A stretch of 64,000 nt of DNA from Squalus acanthias. Taxonomy: Eukaryota. Below the pieces are notes generated by a model. The model ran no database searches. It had not been told where the DNA came from and worked only from the letters and a program-made list of their open reading frames with translations. The stretch's first letter is position 1, and every line of letters starts with the position of its first letter. Positions 37,645-51,465 of this stretch are shown piece by piece. The stretch spans positions 186,001 to 250,000 of the forward strand of contig JASTWF010000327.1 in assembly GCA_030390025.1 (NCBI GenBank). Reading direction: 5' to 3'. Made by a program: the position numbers and the translations under genes.

Positions 37645-38204
37645 GGTGCGGGTGTCCTTGTGTCTCTCCAGGTTGAATGATCAGTTGAAGCCTCGTCCAC
37701 ACACAGAACACGTGTATGGTTTCTCCCCGCTGTGAACGGTGCGATGTTTTTTCAGGCTGTGTAACTGGTTAAAGCTCTTTCCACAGTCAGTGCACTGGAA
37801 CACTCTCACTCGGGTGTGTGTGTCTCAGTGCTTTTCCAGTCACACTGAGGTTTGAAATCTTTTCTCACAGACAGAATAGACAAACATTTCTCCTTCCACA
37901 TTCAAAGGCCGAGGATATTCAGGTCCTGATGAATCGAGTGACTCTGTCAGATCTTGACGTGATGTTTGGTTTGAGTTTCCCGTCTGTAAATCCTCCTCTT
38001 CTAACACCCTGTAAAAGGAGTTTACAAAAGTCATCACTGTAAGTACAGGCTAGAAATTCAGAACAGACAATTCTAGTTTCTATGGAACATTCTTTCCCAA
38101 CTTGTTCCCCCAAAGCTGTAAATCCCCGTCCCACACACTCTCCCTCCTCCCTGTGCTGAAATCCAAACCCATCCCACCATCTCCAAAAAATTTCCTTTCG
38201 GTCG

Positions 38205-38972
38205 ACTTCTCTCCCTCCCCTGAAGGTGCTGACTCTGGCTGGGTTCAGTTCTACACTCACTGGTTCCTCCCTCTCCTCCCCTGAAGGTGCTGACTCTGGC
38301 TAGGTTCAGTTCTACTCTCACTGGTTCCCCTCTCTCTCCTCCCCTGAAGTTGCTGACTCTGGCTGGGTTCAGTTCTACACTCACTGGTTCCCCTCCCTCT
38401 CCTCCCCTGAAGGTGCTGACTCTGGCTGGGTTCAGTTCTACACTCACTGGTTCCCCTCCCTCGCCTCCCCTGAAGGTGCTGACTCTGGCTGGGTTCAGTT
38501 CTACACTCACTGGTTCTCCTCCCCTGAAGGTGCTGACTCTGGCTGGGTTCAGTTCGACACTCACTGGTTGCTCCCTCTCCTCCCCTGAAGGTGCTGACTC
38601 TGACTGGGTTCAGTTGCACACTCACTGGTTCCCCTCCCTCTCCTCCCCTGAAGGTGCTGACTCTGACTGGGTTCAGTTCCACACTCACTGGTTCCCCTCC
38701 CTCTCCTCCCCTGAAGGTGCTGACTCTGGCTGGGTTCAGTTTTACACTCACTGGTTCCCCTCCCTCTCCTCCCCCGAAGGTGCTGACTCTGGCTGGGTTC
38801 AGTTCTACACTCACTGGTTCTCCTCCCCTGAAGGTGCTGACTCTGGCTGGGTTCAGTTTTACACTCACTGGTTCCTCCCTCTCCTCCCCTGAAGATGCTG
38901 ACTCTGACTGGGTTCAGTTCCACACTCACTGGTTCCCCTCCCTCTCCTCCCCTGAAGGTGCTGACTCTGACT
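38205..38972 (-). repeat. ~63-bp minisatellite, ~12-13 copies, in the ZNF-G 5' region
   Basis: Reverse complement of the unit at 58605-60432. Confidence 0.95.
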
Positions 38973-39044
38973 GTAACCTTCTTTCCAATACTCTGTCCTT
39001 CCTTATAAGCTTTTCTTCTGTAATATCTCACAATTTTGGTGAGG

Positions 39045-39395
39045 GGCACTCCTTGACCAGTCACCATTTCTCCTTCATTTACAGATGTTCTCTAACCAGT
39101 CACCATTTCTCCTCCATTTACAGACGCTCCCTGACCACTCATTTACAGACACTCCCTGACCACTCACCATTTCCCCTTCATTTACAGAAGCTCCCTGACC
39201 AGTAATCATTTCTCCTTAATTTACAGACGCTCCCTGACCATTCCCCATTTCTCCACCATTTACAAACACTCCCTGATCAGTCACCATTTCTCCTCCATTT
39301 ACCGACGCTCCCTGACCAGTCAGTATTTCTCCTCCATTTACAGACGCTCCCTGGCCAGTCACTATTTCTCCTCCATTTACAGACGCTCCCTGACT
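39045..39395. repeat. 39-bp tandem repeat, ~9 degenerate copies
   Basis: Unit ctccctgaccagtcaccatttctcctccatttacagacg. Confidence 0.9.
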
Positions 39396-39469
39396 CGCTG
39401 GGGATTTCCCAGCACTTCCTGGTTGTCCCGGAGTTTGTGTCTTAAACTGGCGGGTAGTTGTGGGGAGGC

Positions 39470-39740
39470 GGATAATGTTCACTGCTCTTATAATGGGGCC
39501 TGGGGCCGCACTCGGGGTGTGTGCAGCCCGCGTCCCCCCGGGGTTTATTAACCTGATGTGTCAGCGGCTGCTGCCAAGGTCCGCGCATGCTCAGCTCACA
39601 CTGCCCGGGTGATTGACGGGAGCGCCGGACCAATAGGAATAGCGGGGCGGGACTGGAGGACCGAGCTGGTGGCGGGTCCTCCAACCAATCGGAGTGAGGG
39701 GCGGGGCTCAGCCCGGAGCACCCTCATTGGCTGAAACTCT
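39470..39740 (-). promoter_or_regulatory. CpG-island promoter of ZNF-G
   Basis: ccgcgcatgctcag, two CCAAT boxes, GC boxes; homologous to 22290-22600 and 49005-49290. Confidence 0.75.
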
Positions 39741-40172
39741 GCATCATTTTCAAACCTGATTTCTCTCAAACTCCAGGAGGAAACTGGACCTTTCTGTTGT
39801 GGCTTTAAACAGATGAAACCCTGTGGTGTGGAGCAAACATTGCAACATTTGGTAGTGAAATGGATTCATTCAGGACAGACAGCAGGGATTATTTCAGGAA
39901 ATAACACAGTGTGGTGAGAAAGGAAATGCAGTGGATGTTGTGCAGATGGATTGTCAAAAGGTGTTTGATAAGGTGCCGGACAGGAGGCTTGTTGATCAAA
40001 TTAAGGCTCATGGTATTAAAGGGAGTGGGGCAGCGTGGATAGGAAGTTGGGTAAAGGGCAGAAAACAGAGAGTGGTGGTTAATGGATGTTCTTCAGACTG
40101 GAGGGATGTAAACAGTGGTGTCCCCCAGGGTCAGTGTTGGCACCATTGCTCTTAATATAAAGAAATGATCTA

Positions 40173-41626
40173 TAGACCAGTCAGCTTAACATCGGTGGTA
40201 GGAAAAATAATGGAATCCCTACTCAAGGAGAAAATAGAAGAACATCTTAAAACCAAATATAAAGTAATGAATAGTCAGCATGGATTGCAAAAGGGAAAGT
40301 CTTGCTTGACCAACCTTATTGAATTTTTTGAAGAGGTAACAGAGAGAGTAGACAATGGTAATGCAGTAGATGTAATTTATCTGGATTTTCAAAAGGCCTT
40401 CGATAAGGTACCCCATAATAGACTGATGAACAAGGTCAGAGAATGCGGAGTCAGGGGACAAGTAGCAGAATGGATTGCTGGCTGGCTTCAGGACAGAAAG
40501 CAGAGAGTGGGAGTAAAGGGCAGCTATTCACAGTGGCAGAAGGTGGGTAGTGGTGTTCCACAAGGATCAGTGCTGGGACCACTGCTGTTCACAATTTACA
40601 TTAACGATTTAGACTTTAGAATCAAAAACACAATTTCTAAATTTGTGGATGACACCAAATTGCGGGGGGGGGGGGGGGCTAGTCAATACTGAGGAGGACT
40701 GCAACAAAGGGGGCGGGGCTAGTCAATACTGAGGAGACTGCAACAAAGGGGGCGGGGCTAGTCAATACTGAGGAGGACTGCAATAAATTACAGGAGGACA
40801 TTAATAAACTTGCAGAATGGGCAAATAATTGGCAAATGAAGTTCAACACAGATAAGTGTGAGGTATTACATTTTGGTAGCAAGAATAGGGAGGTCACTTA
40901 TCACTTGGAGGGTGCAAGTCTAGGTGCGGTAGAGGAACAAAGGGATCTAGGAGTACAAAAACACAAATCACTAAAAGTTGCGACACAGGTTAGCAAGGCC
41001 ACAAAAAAAGCAAACCAAGCACTAGGGTTTATTTCTAAAGGGATAGAATTGAAAAGTAGGGAAGTTATACTGTGTACAGTTCTGGTCGCCATATTATAAA
41101 AAGGATATAGAGGCACTGGAGAGGGTGCAGTGAAGATTTACAAGGATGATACCAGATATGTGAGGGTATACATATCAGGAAAGGATGAACAGGCTGGGTC
41201 TCTTTTCTCCTGAAAAAAGAAGGTTGAGAGGTGACCAAATAGAGGTCTTTAAAATTATGAAAGGTTTTGATAGAGTGGATACAGAGAGAATGTTTCCACT
41301 TGTGGGGAAGAGCATAACTAGAGGCCATCAATATAAGATAGTCTCCAAGAAATCCAATAGGGAATTCAGGAGAAACTTCTTTACCCAAAGAGTGGTGAGA
41401 ATGTGGAACTCGCTACCACAGGGAGTGGTTGAAGCGAATAGTATCGATGCATTTAAAGGGAGGCTAGACAAGCATATGAGGGAGAAGGGAATAGAGGGTT
41501 ATGCTGATAGATTTAGATGAGGAAAGATGGGAGGAGGCTCGAGTGGAGCATAAACGCCAGCATGGACTGGTTGGGCCGAATGGCCTGTTTCTGTGCCATA
41601 TATCCTATGTAATCCAATGTAACCCT
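40173..41626 (+). mobile_element. CR1 LINE, 5'-truncated, nested in an older CR1 relic
   Basis: ORFs 40165..40692, 40836..41099, 41185..41520; ATGATCTA at 40165-40172 and 41627-41634; absent from the paralogous site near 49720. Confidence 0.92.
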
Positions 41627-41885
41627 ATGATCTAGGCTTGGCTATATGGGGCACAAGATCAAAATCTCCAGATGAGACCACAATAGGGATTGTGGGGAGC
41701 TGTGAAGAGGACTGTAAGTGACTTCAGTGAGAATACACAGGTTAGCAAATGGGGCCGGTAGATGTCAGATGAAATTTAATGCAGAGAATTATAAGGTGAT
41801 GCATTTTGGGTGGAAGAAAAAAGTAGGAAATCTACATTAAATGGTAAAACTTTAAAAAGAGTAGAGGAGCAGAGAGACTTTGGGG

Positions 41886-42624
41886 TGTAAGATTCCAGCT
41901 AATGCCTTGTCTTATTAATTAGCAGAATTGAGAGTCTCGTGTCACCAACTTTAATACCTTATTAGGAAATATAAGATGAGCAGATTTTCTGTCCTCTCCC
42001 GTACACAAGATCAGCCCGCTGGATGGAACCTCGGGCGCCCTGAGCTTGATCTCCGGTGTCTCCAGTCCCGACTGCCCCCTTACATCAGGATCCCCTCACT
42101 TTTATACCCTGTAGTGATTCATCTCTGGCACCGGAATCTTCTTTGTCTTCTCTGCTAGGTTTTGGCAGGAAGCGAGGAAAAAACAGCTGGAACTTCTCTA
42201 ATCTGTGATTTACAAGGACACTTTCCCTGATTCCCAGCAGTTACTTTTCTTCAGTACTGTTCTCATTATCCCTAAACTACCCTGCCTGCTGTTAATGATG
42301 TTATTTCTTATAGTTTCACAATTATAGGTATAAACATCACACATTATAATCTAGTCTATTCTATTACTCACTCTGGTTTAAGCTTATATTGTGGTTAGTA
42401 ACAGACACACTCTGTTCTTTCCCCTGATCTGATTACAGATTCCAACCAGTCGATTCAGTGAATGGAATGTCTTATCAGTGTTGCCATGGCGACCTGTCTG
42501 CAGTGAAATGCCTGTTTGAGTTTCTAACTCAGACTAAACTTCTCTTTCCCAAAATACACATTATATCAGACATTTTATGTCAATGAATTTTAGCCTTGTT
42601 ATGTTAATATCTCTAAAACCTACA
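41886..42624 (-). mobile_element. Probable solo LTR, copy 1
   Basis: TGTAAG...CCTACA ends, interrupts an old CR1, minus-strand gggtataaaag TATA near 42100; no clean target duplication. Confidence 0.5.
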
Positions 42625-43369
42625 AGAAAGACAGACTTGTATTTATACAGCACCTTTCACCACCTCAGGACGTCGCAATGTGCTTCACAGCCAATGAAGT
42701 ACTTTTGAAGTGTGGTCACTGACAGTGCTGGATTGTAGGAAACAAGCGGCTCAGATACACAAACCTTTCAAAGTGGGAGGACAAGTTGATAAAGTAGTTT
42801 AAAAAAGCACGAGGGATCCTCGGTTTTATAAATAGGGGTGGAGAGTACAAAAGGCCAGAGGTCATGTAAACCTGTACAAATCATTGGTTAGGCTGCAGTT
42901 CGAATATTGGGTCAAGTTTTGGGGCATCTTACACCAGGAAGGATGTCAAGGCCGTGGAGAGGGTGCAGAGAGATTCACTGAGATGATACCAGGGAAGAGA
43001 GGCTTTAGTTATCAGGAGAGATTAGAGAAACTGGGGCTCTTTTCATTAGAACAAAGGGTAATTGGAGATCTGAGCGAGGTGTTCAGAATTTGATCAGGTA
43101 AATGAGGAAAATCTATTTCCACCAGTCGGTGAGTCAGGAACTAGAGGGCATCAAATTCAAATCATCACCAAAAGGCTCAGACCCAGGGATGAACTATCGA
43201 GCACACCGGACAAAAATGTTCAGGACACTCACTGTCCCTCCGGATCTGTGTCCGGGGAGAAACTGATGGGTTTCTCTTATCTTTGGGTTAAATGTTCTCA
43301 CAGAGCTGATGGATGTCAGTGCTGGGGAATGGGGTGTTCTGAGCACCGAGTGTCTGCCTGAAGCACTCT

Positions 43370-43750
43370 CCAGTCAGGAACAGCACGGGTTAGATACAGA
43401 GTAAAGCTCCCTCTACACTGTCCCATCAAACACTCCCAGGGCAGGTACAGCACGGGTTAGATACAGAGTAAAGCTCCCTCTACACTGTCCCATCAAACAC
43501 TCCCGGGGCAGGTACAGCACAGGTTAGATACAGAGTAAAGCTCCCTCTACACTGTCCCATCAAACACTCCCAGGGCAGGTACAGCACGGGTTAGATACAG
43601 AGTAAAGCTCCCCTACACTGTCCCATCAAACACTCCCAGGGCAGGTACAGCACAGGCTAGATACAGAGTAAAGCTCCCTCTACACCGTCCCATCAAACAC
43701 TCCCAGGGCAGGTACAGCACGGGTTACATACAGAGTAAGGTTCCCTCTGC
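43370..43750. repeat. 67-bp satellite, ~5.5 copies
   Basis: Same unit and strand as 11375-12557. Confidence 0.95.
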
Positions 43751-43789
43751 ACTTCAGCCAATGTCCCAAACTCCTCCATCACCATCCCT

Positions 43790-46185
43790 GGGTGTGTTCT
43801 GTCCCACCGGCAGGACAGACCCACCAGGGGTGGTGGCACAGTGGTATACAGTCAGGAAGCAGTGGCCCTGGGAGTCCTCAACATTGACTCCGGACCCCAT
43901 GAAGTCTCATGGCTTCAGGTCAAGCATGGGCAAGGAAACCTCCTGCTGATTACCACCTACCTCCCTCCCTCAGCTGATGAATCAGTACTCCTCCATGTTG
44001 AACACCACTTGGAAGAAGCACTGAGAGTAGCAAGGGCACAGAATGTACTCTGGGTGGGGGACTTCAATGTCCAGCACCAAGACTGCCTCGGTAGCACCAC
44101 TACTGACCGAGCTGGCCTGAAGGACATAGCTGCCAGTCTGGGCCTGTGACAGGTGGTGAGAGAACCAACAAGAGGGAAAACCCTACTTGACCTCGTCCTC
44201 ACCAATCTACCTGTCGTAGATGCATCTGTCCATGACAGCATTGGTAGCAGTGACCACCACACAGCCCTTGTGCGAAGTCCTGTCTTCTCACGGAGGACAC
44301 CCTCCATCGTGTTGTGTGGCACTACCACCGTGCTAAATGGGATAGATTCAGAACAGATCTAGCAGCTCAAAACTGGGCATCCATGAGGCGCTGTGGGCCA
44401 TCAGCAGCAGCAGAATTGTATTCCACCACAATCTGTAGCCTCATGGCCCGGCATATCCCTCACTCTACCATTACCATCAAGCCAGGGGACCAACCCTGGT
44501 TCAATAAGGAGTGTAGAGGAGCATGCCAGGAGCAGCACCAGGCGTACCTAAAAATGAGGTGCCAACCTAGGGAAGCTGCAACACAGGACTACATGCATGC
44601 TAAAAGCAGAAGCAGCATGCTATAGACAGGGCTAAGCGATCCCACAATCAACGGATCAGATCAAAGCTCTGCAGTCCTGCCACATCCAGTCGTGAATGGT
44701 GGTGGACCATTAAACAACTAACGAGAGGAGGCTCCATGAATATCCCCATCCTCAATGATGGTGGAGCCCAGCACGTGAGTGCAAAAGACAAGGCTGAAGC
44801 GTTTGCAACCATTTTCAGCCAGAAGTGCCGAGTGGATGATCCATATCGACCTACTCGAGGTCCCCACCATCACAGAAGCCATTCTTCAGCCAATTCGATT
44901 CACTCCACGTGATATCAAGAAACGGCTGAGCGCACTGGATACAGCAAAGGCTATGGGCCCCGACAACATCCCAGCTATCGTGCTGAAGACTTGTGCTCCA
45001 GAACGAGCCACGCCTCTAGCCAAGCTGTTCCAATACAGCTACAACACTGGCATCCATCCGACAATGTGGAAAACTGCCCAGGTGTGTCCTGTCCACAAAA
45101 AGCAGAACAAATCCAATCCAGTTAATTACTGCCCCATCAGTCTATTCTCAATCATCAGCAAAGTGATGGAAGGTGTCATCAACAGAGCCATCAAGCGGCA
45201 CTTACTCACCAATAACCATCTTCAGCTGCTTCATCAATGACCTTCCCTCCAACATAAGGTCAGAAATGGGGATGTTCGCTGATGACTGCACAGTGTTCAG
45301 CGCCATTCGCAACTCCACAGATAATGAAGCAGTCCATGCCCGCATGCAACAAGACCTGGACGACGTTCAGGCTTGGGCTGATAAGTGGCAGGTAACATTC
45401 GCGCCACAGAAGTGCCAGACAATGACTATCTCCAACAAGCGAGAGTCTAACCACCGCCCCTCGTCATTCAACGGCATTACCATCGCCGAGTCCCCCACTA
45501 TCAACATCCTGGGAATCACCATTAACAAGAAACTTAACTGGACCAGCCACATAAATACTGTGGCAACAAGAGCAGGTCAGAGGCTAGGTATTCTGCGGCG
45601 AGTGTCTCACCTCCTGACTCCCCAAAGCCTTTCCACCATCTACAAGGCACAAGTAAGGAGTGTGATGGAATACTCTCCACTTGCCTGGATGAGTGCAGCT
45701 CCAACAAGACTCAAGAAGCTCAACACCATCCAGGACAAAGCAGCCCGCTTGATTGGCACCCCATCCACCACCTTAAACAGTCACTCCCTCCACCACCGGC
45801 GTACCGTGGCTGCAGTGTGTACCATCTACAAGATGCACTGCAGCAACTCGCCAAGGCTTCTTCAGCAGCACCTCCCAAACCTGCGACCTCTTCCACCTAG
45901 AAGAACAAGGGCAGCAGGCGCATGGGAACACCACCACCTCTAAGTTACCCTCCAAGTCACACACCATCCTGACTTAGAAGAATATCGCCGATCCTTCATC
46001 ATCACTGGGTCAAAATCCTGGAACTCCCTACCTAACAGCACTGTGGGAGTACCTTCACCACACGGACTGCAGCGGTTCAAGGCAGCGGCTCACCACCACC
46101 TTCTCAAGGGCAATTAGGGATGGGCAATAAATGCTGGCCTTGCCAGAGATGCCCACATCCCATAAAAACAAATACATTTTTAAAA
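43790..46185 (+). mobile_element. CR1/L2-type non-LTR retrotransposon ORF2 (APE + RT), internally deleted
   Basis: VGDFN, LDLVLTN, SDH (endonuclease); KAMGPDNIP, MFADD, MEYSPLAW (RT); central RT missing near 45215; inserted between 67-bp satellite arrays. Confidence 0.88.
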
Positions 46186-46189
46186 TAAA

Positions 46190-46464
46190 AACACTGTCCC
46201 ATCAAACACTCCCAGTGCAGGTACAGCACAGGTTAGATACAGAGTAAAGCTCCCTCTACACTGTCCCATCAAACACTCCCAGGACAGGTACAGCACGGGT
46301 TAAATACAGAGTAAAGCTCCCTCGACACTGTCCCATCAAACACTCCCAGGGCAGGTACAGTACGGACTCCCAGGACAGGTACAGCATGGATTAGATACAG
46401 AGTAAAGCTCCCTCTACACTGTCCCATCAAACACTCCCAGGGCAGGTACAGCACGGGTTCGATA
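46190..46464. repeat. 67-bp satellite, ~4 copies
   Basis: Continuation of the array at 43370-43750 after the LINE. Confidence 0.92.
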
Positions 46465-46603
46465 CAGTCACTGACACCAATCTCTTCCTGTCTGAAATAA
46501 ACCAGCCCCACAGTCACTGACACCAATCTCCTCCTGTCTGATATAAACCAACCCCACAGTCACTGACACCAATCTCCTCCTGTCTGATATAAACCAGACC
46601 CAC
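46465..46603. repeat. 46-bp tandem repeat, 3 copies
   Basis: cagtcactgacaccaatctcctcctgtctgatataaaccagcccca starting at 46465, 46511, 46557. Confidence 0.9.
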
Positions 46604-47133
46604 AGGCCCAGAAAGATTAAACTCAGCCCGTTATTTGACTAGACTTGTCTCCATTCCCGTGCCGAGGGGATTGCTGTACCAGACGGGAGGGGCAACATTT
46701 GGGGACTCTCGATTCTCCACCAATTCCCATTCCCCTTCTTTCTGGTGGATAATGGAGGTGCCACTGTGTGTAATGTGCAAGTCAGTAAGAATTGTCAGCG
46801 AAGATTAATCAGCACTTTCTAATTGGAGATGTTAATCCGTGGAACTGTTCAGACAATAAATTGTAGATTTTGTACCAAAGGTCAATTTAGGGTGAAAGTA
46901 AAATGCATAATTTCTTATGAAAGTCCTGAATTAACGGGAATAATCACAGACTGCGGTTCTTAAAGGGACACTGCAGCACCAACAAGTCAATCAGCCATAT
47001 ATCCAGAATATTAAACTCCAGCCAGTTCTGGGTTATTAACATCAGAAACAAACTCCAGCTGTCACAGAGTGAACATGGTTCAGTCCTGGATGTGATTAAC
47101 AGCAGCAATAACATCAGAATCCAACTCCTGCAG

Positions 47134-48172
47134 TCACCTGTGAACTCGCTGGTGTCTCAGCAGGTTGGATGACTGAGTGAATCCCTTCCCACACACAGAG
47201 CAGGTGAACGGCCTCTCCCCAGTGTGAATGCGCTGGTGAGTCAGCAGACAAGATGGCTGAGTGAATCCCTTCCCACACATGGAGCAGGTGAACGGCCTCT
47301 CCCCAGTGTGAGTGCGCTTGTGTACAATGAGATTGGATGAACTCCTGAACCTCTTCCCACAGTGAGAGCAAGTGAATGGTTTCTCGTCAGTGTGAACTCG
47401 CTGGTGGTGAATCAGTTCCTCAGAGCTTTTAAAGCAGTTCGCACAGTCGGAGCATTTAAAAGGTCGCTCGTCAGTGTGAACTCGCTGGTGTCTCAGATGG
47501 TGGGCTGAATTAGTGAATCCCTTCCCACACACGGAGCAGGTGAACGGCCTCTCCCCAGTGTGAACTCGCTGGTGAGCCAGCAGGTTGGATGACTGAGCGA
47601 ATCCCTTCCCACACACGGAGCAGATGAATGGCCTCTCCCCAGTGTGACTGTAGCGATGAGTTTCCAGCAGGGCTTGGTAATTGAATCCCTTCCCACACAC
47701 GGAGCAGGTGAACGGCCTCTCCCCGGTGTGACTGCGTCAATGAGTTTCCAGCTCAGACGGGTATTTGAATCCCTTCCCACAGTCCCCACATTTCCACAGT
47801 TTCTCCATGGTGCGGGTGTCCTTCTGTCTCTCCAGGTTGGACGATCAGTTCAAGCTTCGTCCACACACAGAACACATGTACGGTTTCTCCCCGCTGTGAA
47901 CGGTGTGATGTTTTTTCAGGCTGTGTAACTGGTTAAAGCTCTTTCCACAGTCAGTGCACTGGAACACTCTCACTCGGGTGTGTGTGTCTCGGTGCTTTTC
48001 CAGTCACACTGATGTTTGAAATCTTTTCCCACAGACAGAACAGACAAACATTTCTCCTTCCACATTCAAAGGCCGAAGATATTCAGGTCCTGATGAATTG
48101 AATGACTCTGTCAGAACTTGGTGTGATGTTTGGTTTGAGTTTCCTGTCTGCAAATCCTCCCCTTCTAATACC
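47134..48172 (-). pseudogene. ZNF-H: 8-finger array, ATG at 47808 but premature TGA at 47737-47739
   Basis: ORF 47134..47700; CAT-TGA-CGC where paralogues have CAT-CGA-CGC; upstream TGA at 48004-48006 and 47845-47847. Confidence 0.85.
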
Positions 48173-49004
48173 CTGTAAAGGGAGTTTACAAAAGTCATCA
48201 CTGTAAGTACAGGATAGAAATTCAGAACAGACAATTCTAGTTTCTATACAATGTTCCTTCACACGTGGGGATTCTAACCCTGGGACTGTACATGGTGATC
48301 ACTAAACACAAAACCCAGGCTGTTAATCATTTTCAGCTACTGGACTTAGCATGTGTCCCACAGCATCTCTCTCACTTTTAATGTGTGAATAGAGCATCAC
48401 GCCTGCAAACCTGGTTTTAAATTTAAATTCACTCACCAAATGTATTTAACAAAAGATGAACAAGTAAACACGTCACAGCCCACTAATCCAGCTCTGCATT
48501 CACAGGAGGAAGCCTGTTATCAAACTGCTCGAGTGGATGAAATAAAGAAAGATCCCAAATGGAAGAGTCCCTCGAATCCTTTCTAAATACCTTTCAAATC
48601 CTGACTGGTTCCTTCCTTATTCTAGAATTCCCCATCCCTGTGGGAGTCGATATTGGTCAAAAACTGCTAATTGGACCTTTTAACCGATTTTTCAGCTGTT
48701 TCAAGCTGACCAGGTCCTTCACTCAGAGAATCTCCAAGGAGACTCTTTGATTTAAACACAGCTCTCCCCTCTTTCATATCCGGGATTAGAGTTACCGGGA
48801 ATTTGAATACCTGACCACTCAAATTTAAAAGGGCCCATCAGTGATACACAGACTGAACCAATCACACAGCTCTGGGTCAGTTTGAATGATTCCTCTCTCC
48901 AGCCTGTAACCGATGAAACTTGTAACACTGAGGCTGAAATTCCACTTCCGGGTGCCGGATTCCAGCCCTGGGACTGTACATGGGGATTCCAACCCTGGAA
49001 CCGG

Positions 49005-49290
49005 GGGTGTTTTAATAATGGGGCCTGGGGCCGCACTCGGGGTGTGTGCAGCCCGCGTCCCCCCGGGGTTTATTAACCCGCTCCCTGAGCTCTCTCACCT
49101 GATGTGTCAGCGGCTGCTGCCAAGATCCGCGCATGCTCAGCTCACACTGCCCGGGTGATTGACGGGTGCTCCGGACCAATAGGAAAAACGGGGCGGGGCT
49201 GGAGGACCGAGCTGGTAGCGGGTCCTCCAATCAATCAGAGTGTGTGAGGGGCGGAGCTTACGGCTCAGCCCGGAGCACCCTCATTGTCTG
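49005..49290 (-). promoter_or_regulatory. CpG-island promoter of ZNF-H
   Basis: Duplicate of 39470-39740. Confidence 0.75.
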
Positions 49291-49897
49291 AAACCCTGCA
49301 TCATTTTCAAACCTGATTTCTCCCATAACCAGGAGAAAACTGGACCTTTCTGTTGTGGCTTTAAACAGATGAAACCCTGTGGTGTGGAGCAAACATTGCA
49401 ACATTTGGTAGTGAAATGGATTCATTCAGGACAGACAGCAGGGATTATTTCAGGAAATAACACAGTGTGGTGAGAAAGGAAATGCAGTGGATGTTGTGGA
49501 GATGGATTGTCAAAAGGTGTTTGATAAGGTGCCGGACAGGAGGTTTGTTGATCAAATTAAAGCTCATGGTATTAAAGGGAGTGGGGCAGCATGGATAGGA
49601 AGTTGGGTAAAGGGCAGAAAACAGAGAGTAGTGGTTAATGGATGTTCTTCAGACTGGAGGGATGTAAACAGTGGTGTCCCCCAGGGTCAGTGTTGGGACC
49701 ATTGCTCTTCTCAATATAACTAAATGAGCTGGGCTTGGGTTTATGGGGCACAAGGTCAAATTCACCAGATGAGGCTGAAATAGGGAGCATGGCCACCTGT
49801 GAAGAGGACTGTAATTGACTTCAGTGTGAATACACAGGTTTGTATATGGGGCGGGTAGATGTCAAATTAAATTTCATGCCAAGAAATATGAGTTGAT

Positions 49898-51377
49898 AAG
49901 AACATAAGATGTAGGAGCAGGAGTAGGTCATTCGGCCCCTCGAGCCTGCTCCGCCATTCAATAAGATCATGGCTGATCTGATCTTGGCCTCAACTCCACT
50001 TCCCTGCCCGCTCCCCATAACCCTTCACTCCCTTACCATTCAAACATCTGTCTATCTCCACCTTAAATATATTCAAGATAGACCCAGCCTCCACAGCTCT
50101 CTGGGGCAGAGAATTCCAAAGATTCACGACCCTCTGAGAGAAGAAATTCCTCCTCATTTCCGATTTAAAAGGGTGCCCCCTTATTCTGAAATTATGCTCC
50201 CTAGTTCTAGATTCCCCCACGAGGGGAAACATCCTCTCTGCATCCACCCTGTCGAGCCCCTTCAGAATCTTATATGTTTCAATACGATCCCCTCTCATTC
50301 TTCTAAACTCCAATGAGTATAGGCCCAACCTGCTCAACCTTTCTTCATAAGACAACCCCTTCATCTCCAGAATCAACCTACTGAACCTTCTCTGAACTGC
50401 CTCCAATGCAAGTATATCCTTCCTTAAATAAGGAGACCAAAACTGTATGCACTACTCCAGGTGTGGTCTCACCAACGCCCTGTACAGCTGTAACAGGACT
50501 TTGCTACTTTTATACTCCATTCCCTTTGCAATAAAGGCCAACACTCCATTTGCCTTCCTAATTACTTGCTGTACCTGCATGCTAACTTTTTGTGATTCAT
50601 GTACAAGGACCCCCAGACCCCTCTGTACCTCAGCATTTTGTAATCTCTCTCCATTTAAATAATAATTTGCTTTTTTATTTTTCATACCAAAGTGGATAAC
50701 CTCGCATTTTCCCACATTAAACTCCATCTGTCAGATTTTTGCCCACTCACTTAGCCTATCTATATCCCTTTGGAGATTCTTTACGTCCGTCACACAATTT
50801 GCTTTCCCGCCTATCTTTGTATCATCAGCAAATTTGGTACATTACACTCAGTCCCTTCATCCAAGTCATTAATATAGATTGTAAATAGTTGAGGCCCCAG
50901 CACTGATCCCTGTGGCACCCCACTAGTTATAGTTTGCCAACCTGAAAATGACCCATTTATCCCGACTCTCTGCTTTCTGTTAGTTAGCCAATCCTCTATC
51001 CATGCTAATATATTACCCCCAACCCAGTGAGCTCTTATCTTGTGCAGTAACCTTTTATGTGGCACCTTATCGAATGCCTTCTGGAAATCCAAATACACAA
51101 CATCTACTGGTTCCCCTTTGTCCACCCTGCTCGTTACATCCTCAAAGAACTCCAGCAAATTTGTCAAACATGATTTCCCTTTCATAAAACCATGCTGACT
51201 CTGCTTGACTATATTATGATTTTCTAAATGTCCTGCAATCACTTCCTTAATGATGGACTCCAGCATTTTCCCAATGACAGATGTTAGGCTAACTGGTCTA
51301 TAGTTTCCTGCTTTCTGTCTCCCTCCCTTCTTAAATAGGGGCGTTACATTTGCGGTTTTGCAGTTCGCTGGGACCTC
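49898..51377 (-). mobile_element. CR1 LINE, 5'-truncated
   Basis: ORFs 50811..51266, 50452..50727, 49990..50406; TTGAT at 49893-49897 and 51378-51382; absent from the paralogous site near 41795. Confidence 0.92.
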
Positions 51378-51465
51378 TTGATGCCTTTTGAGAGTTAGAA
51401 AAAGATAAAATATACACTAAATGGGAAACGTTTAAAAGGAGTAGAAGAGTAGAACTTTAAAGAGG

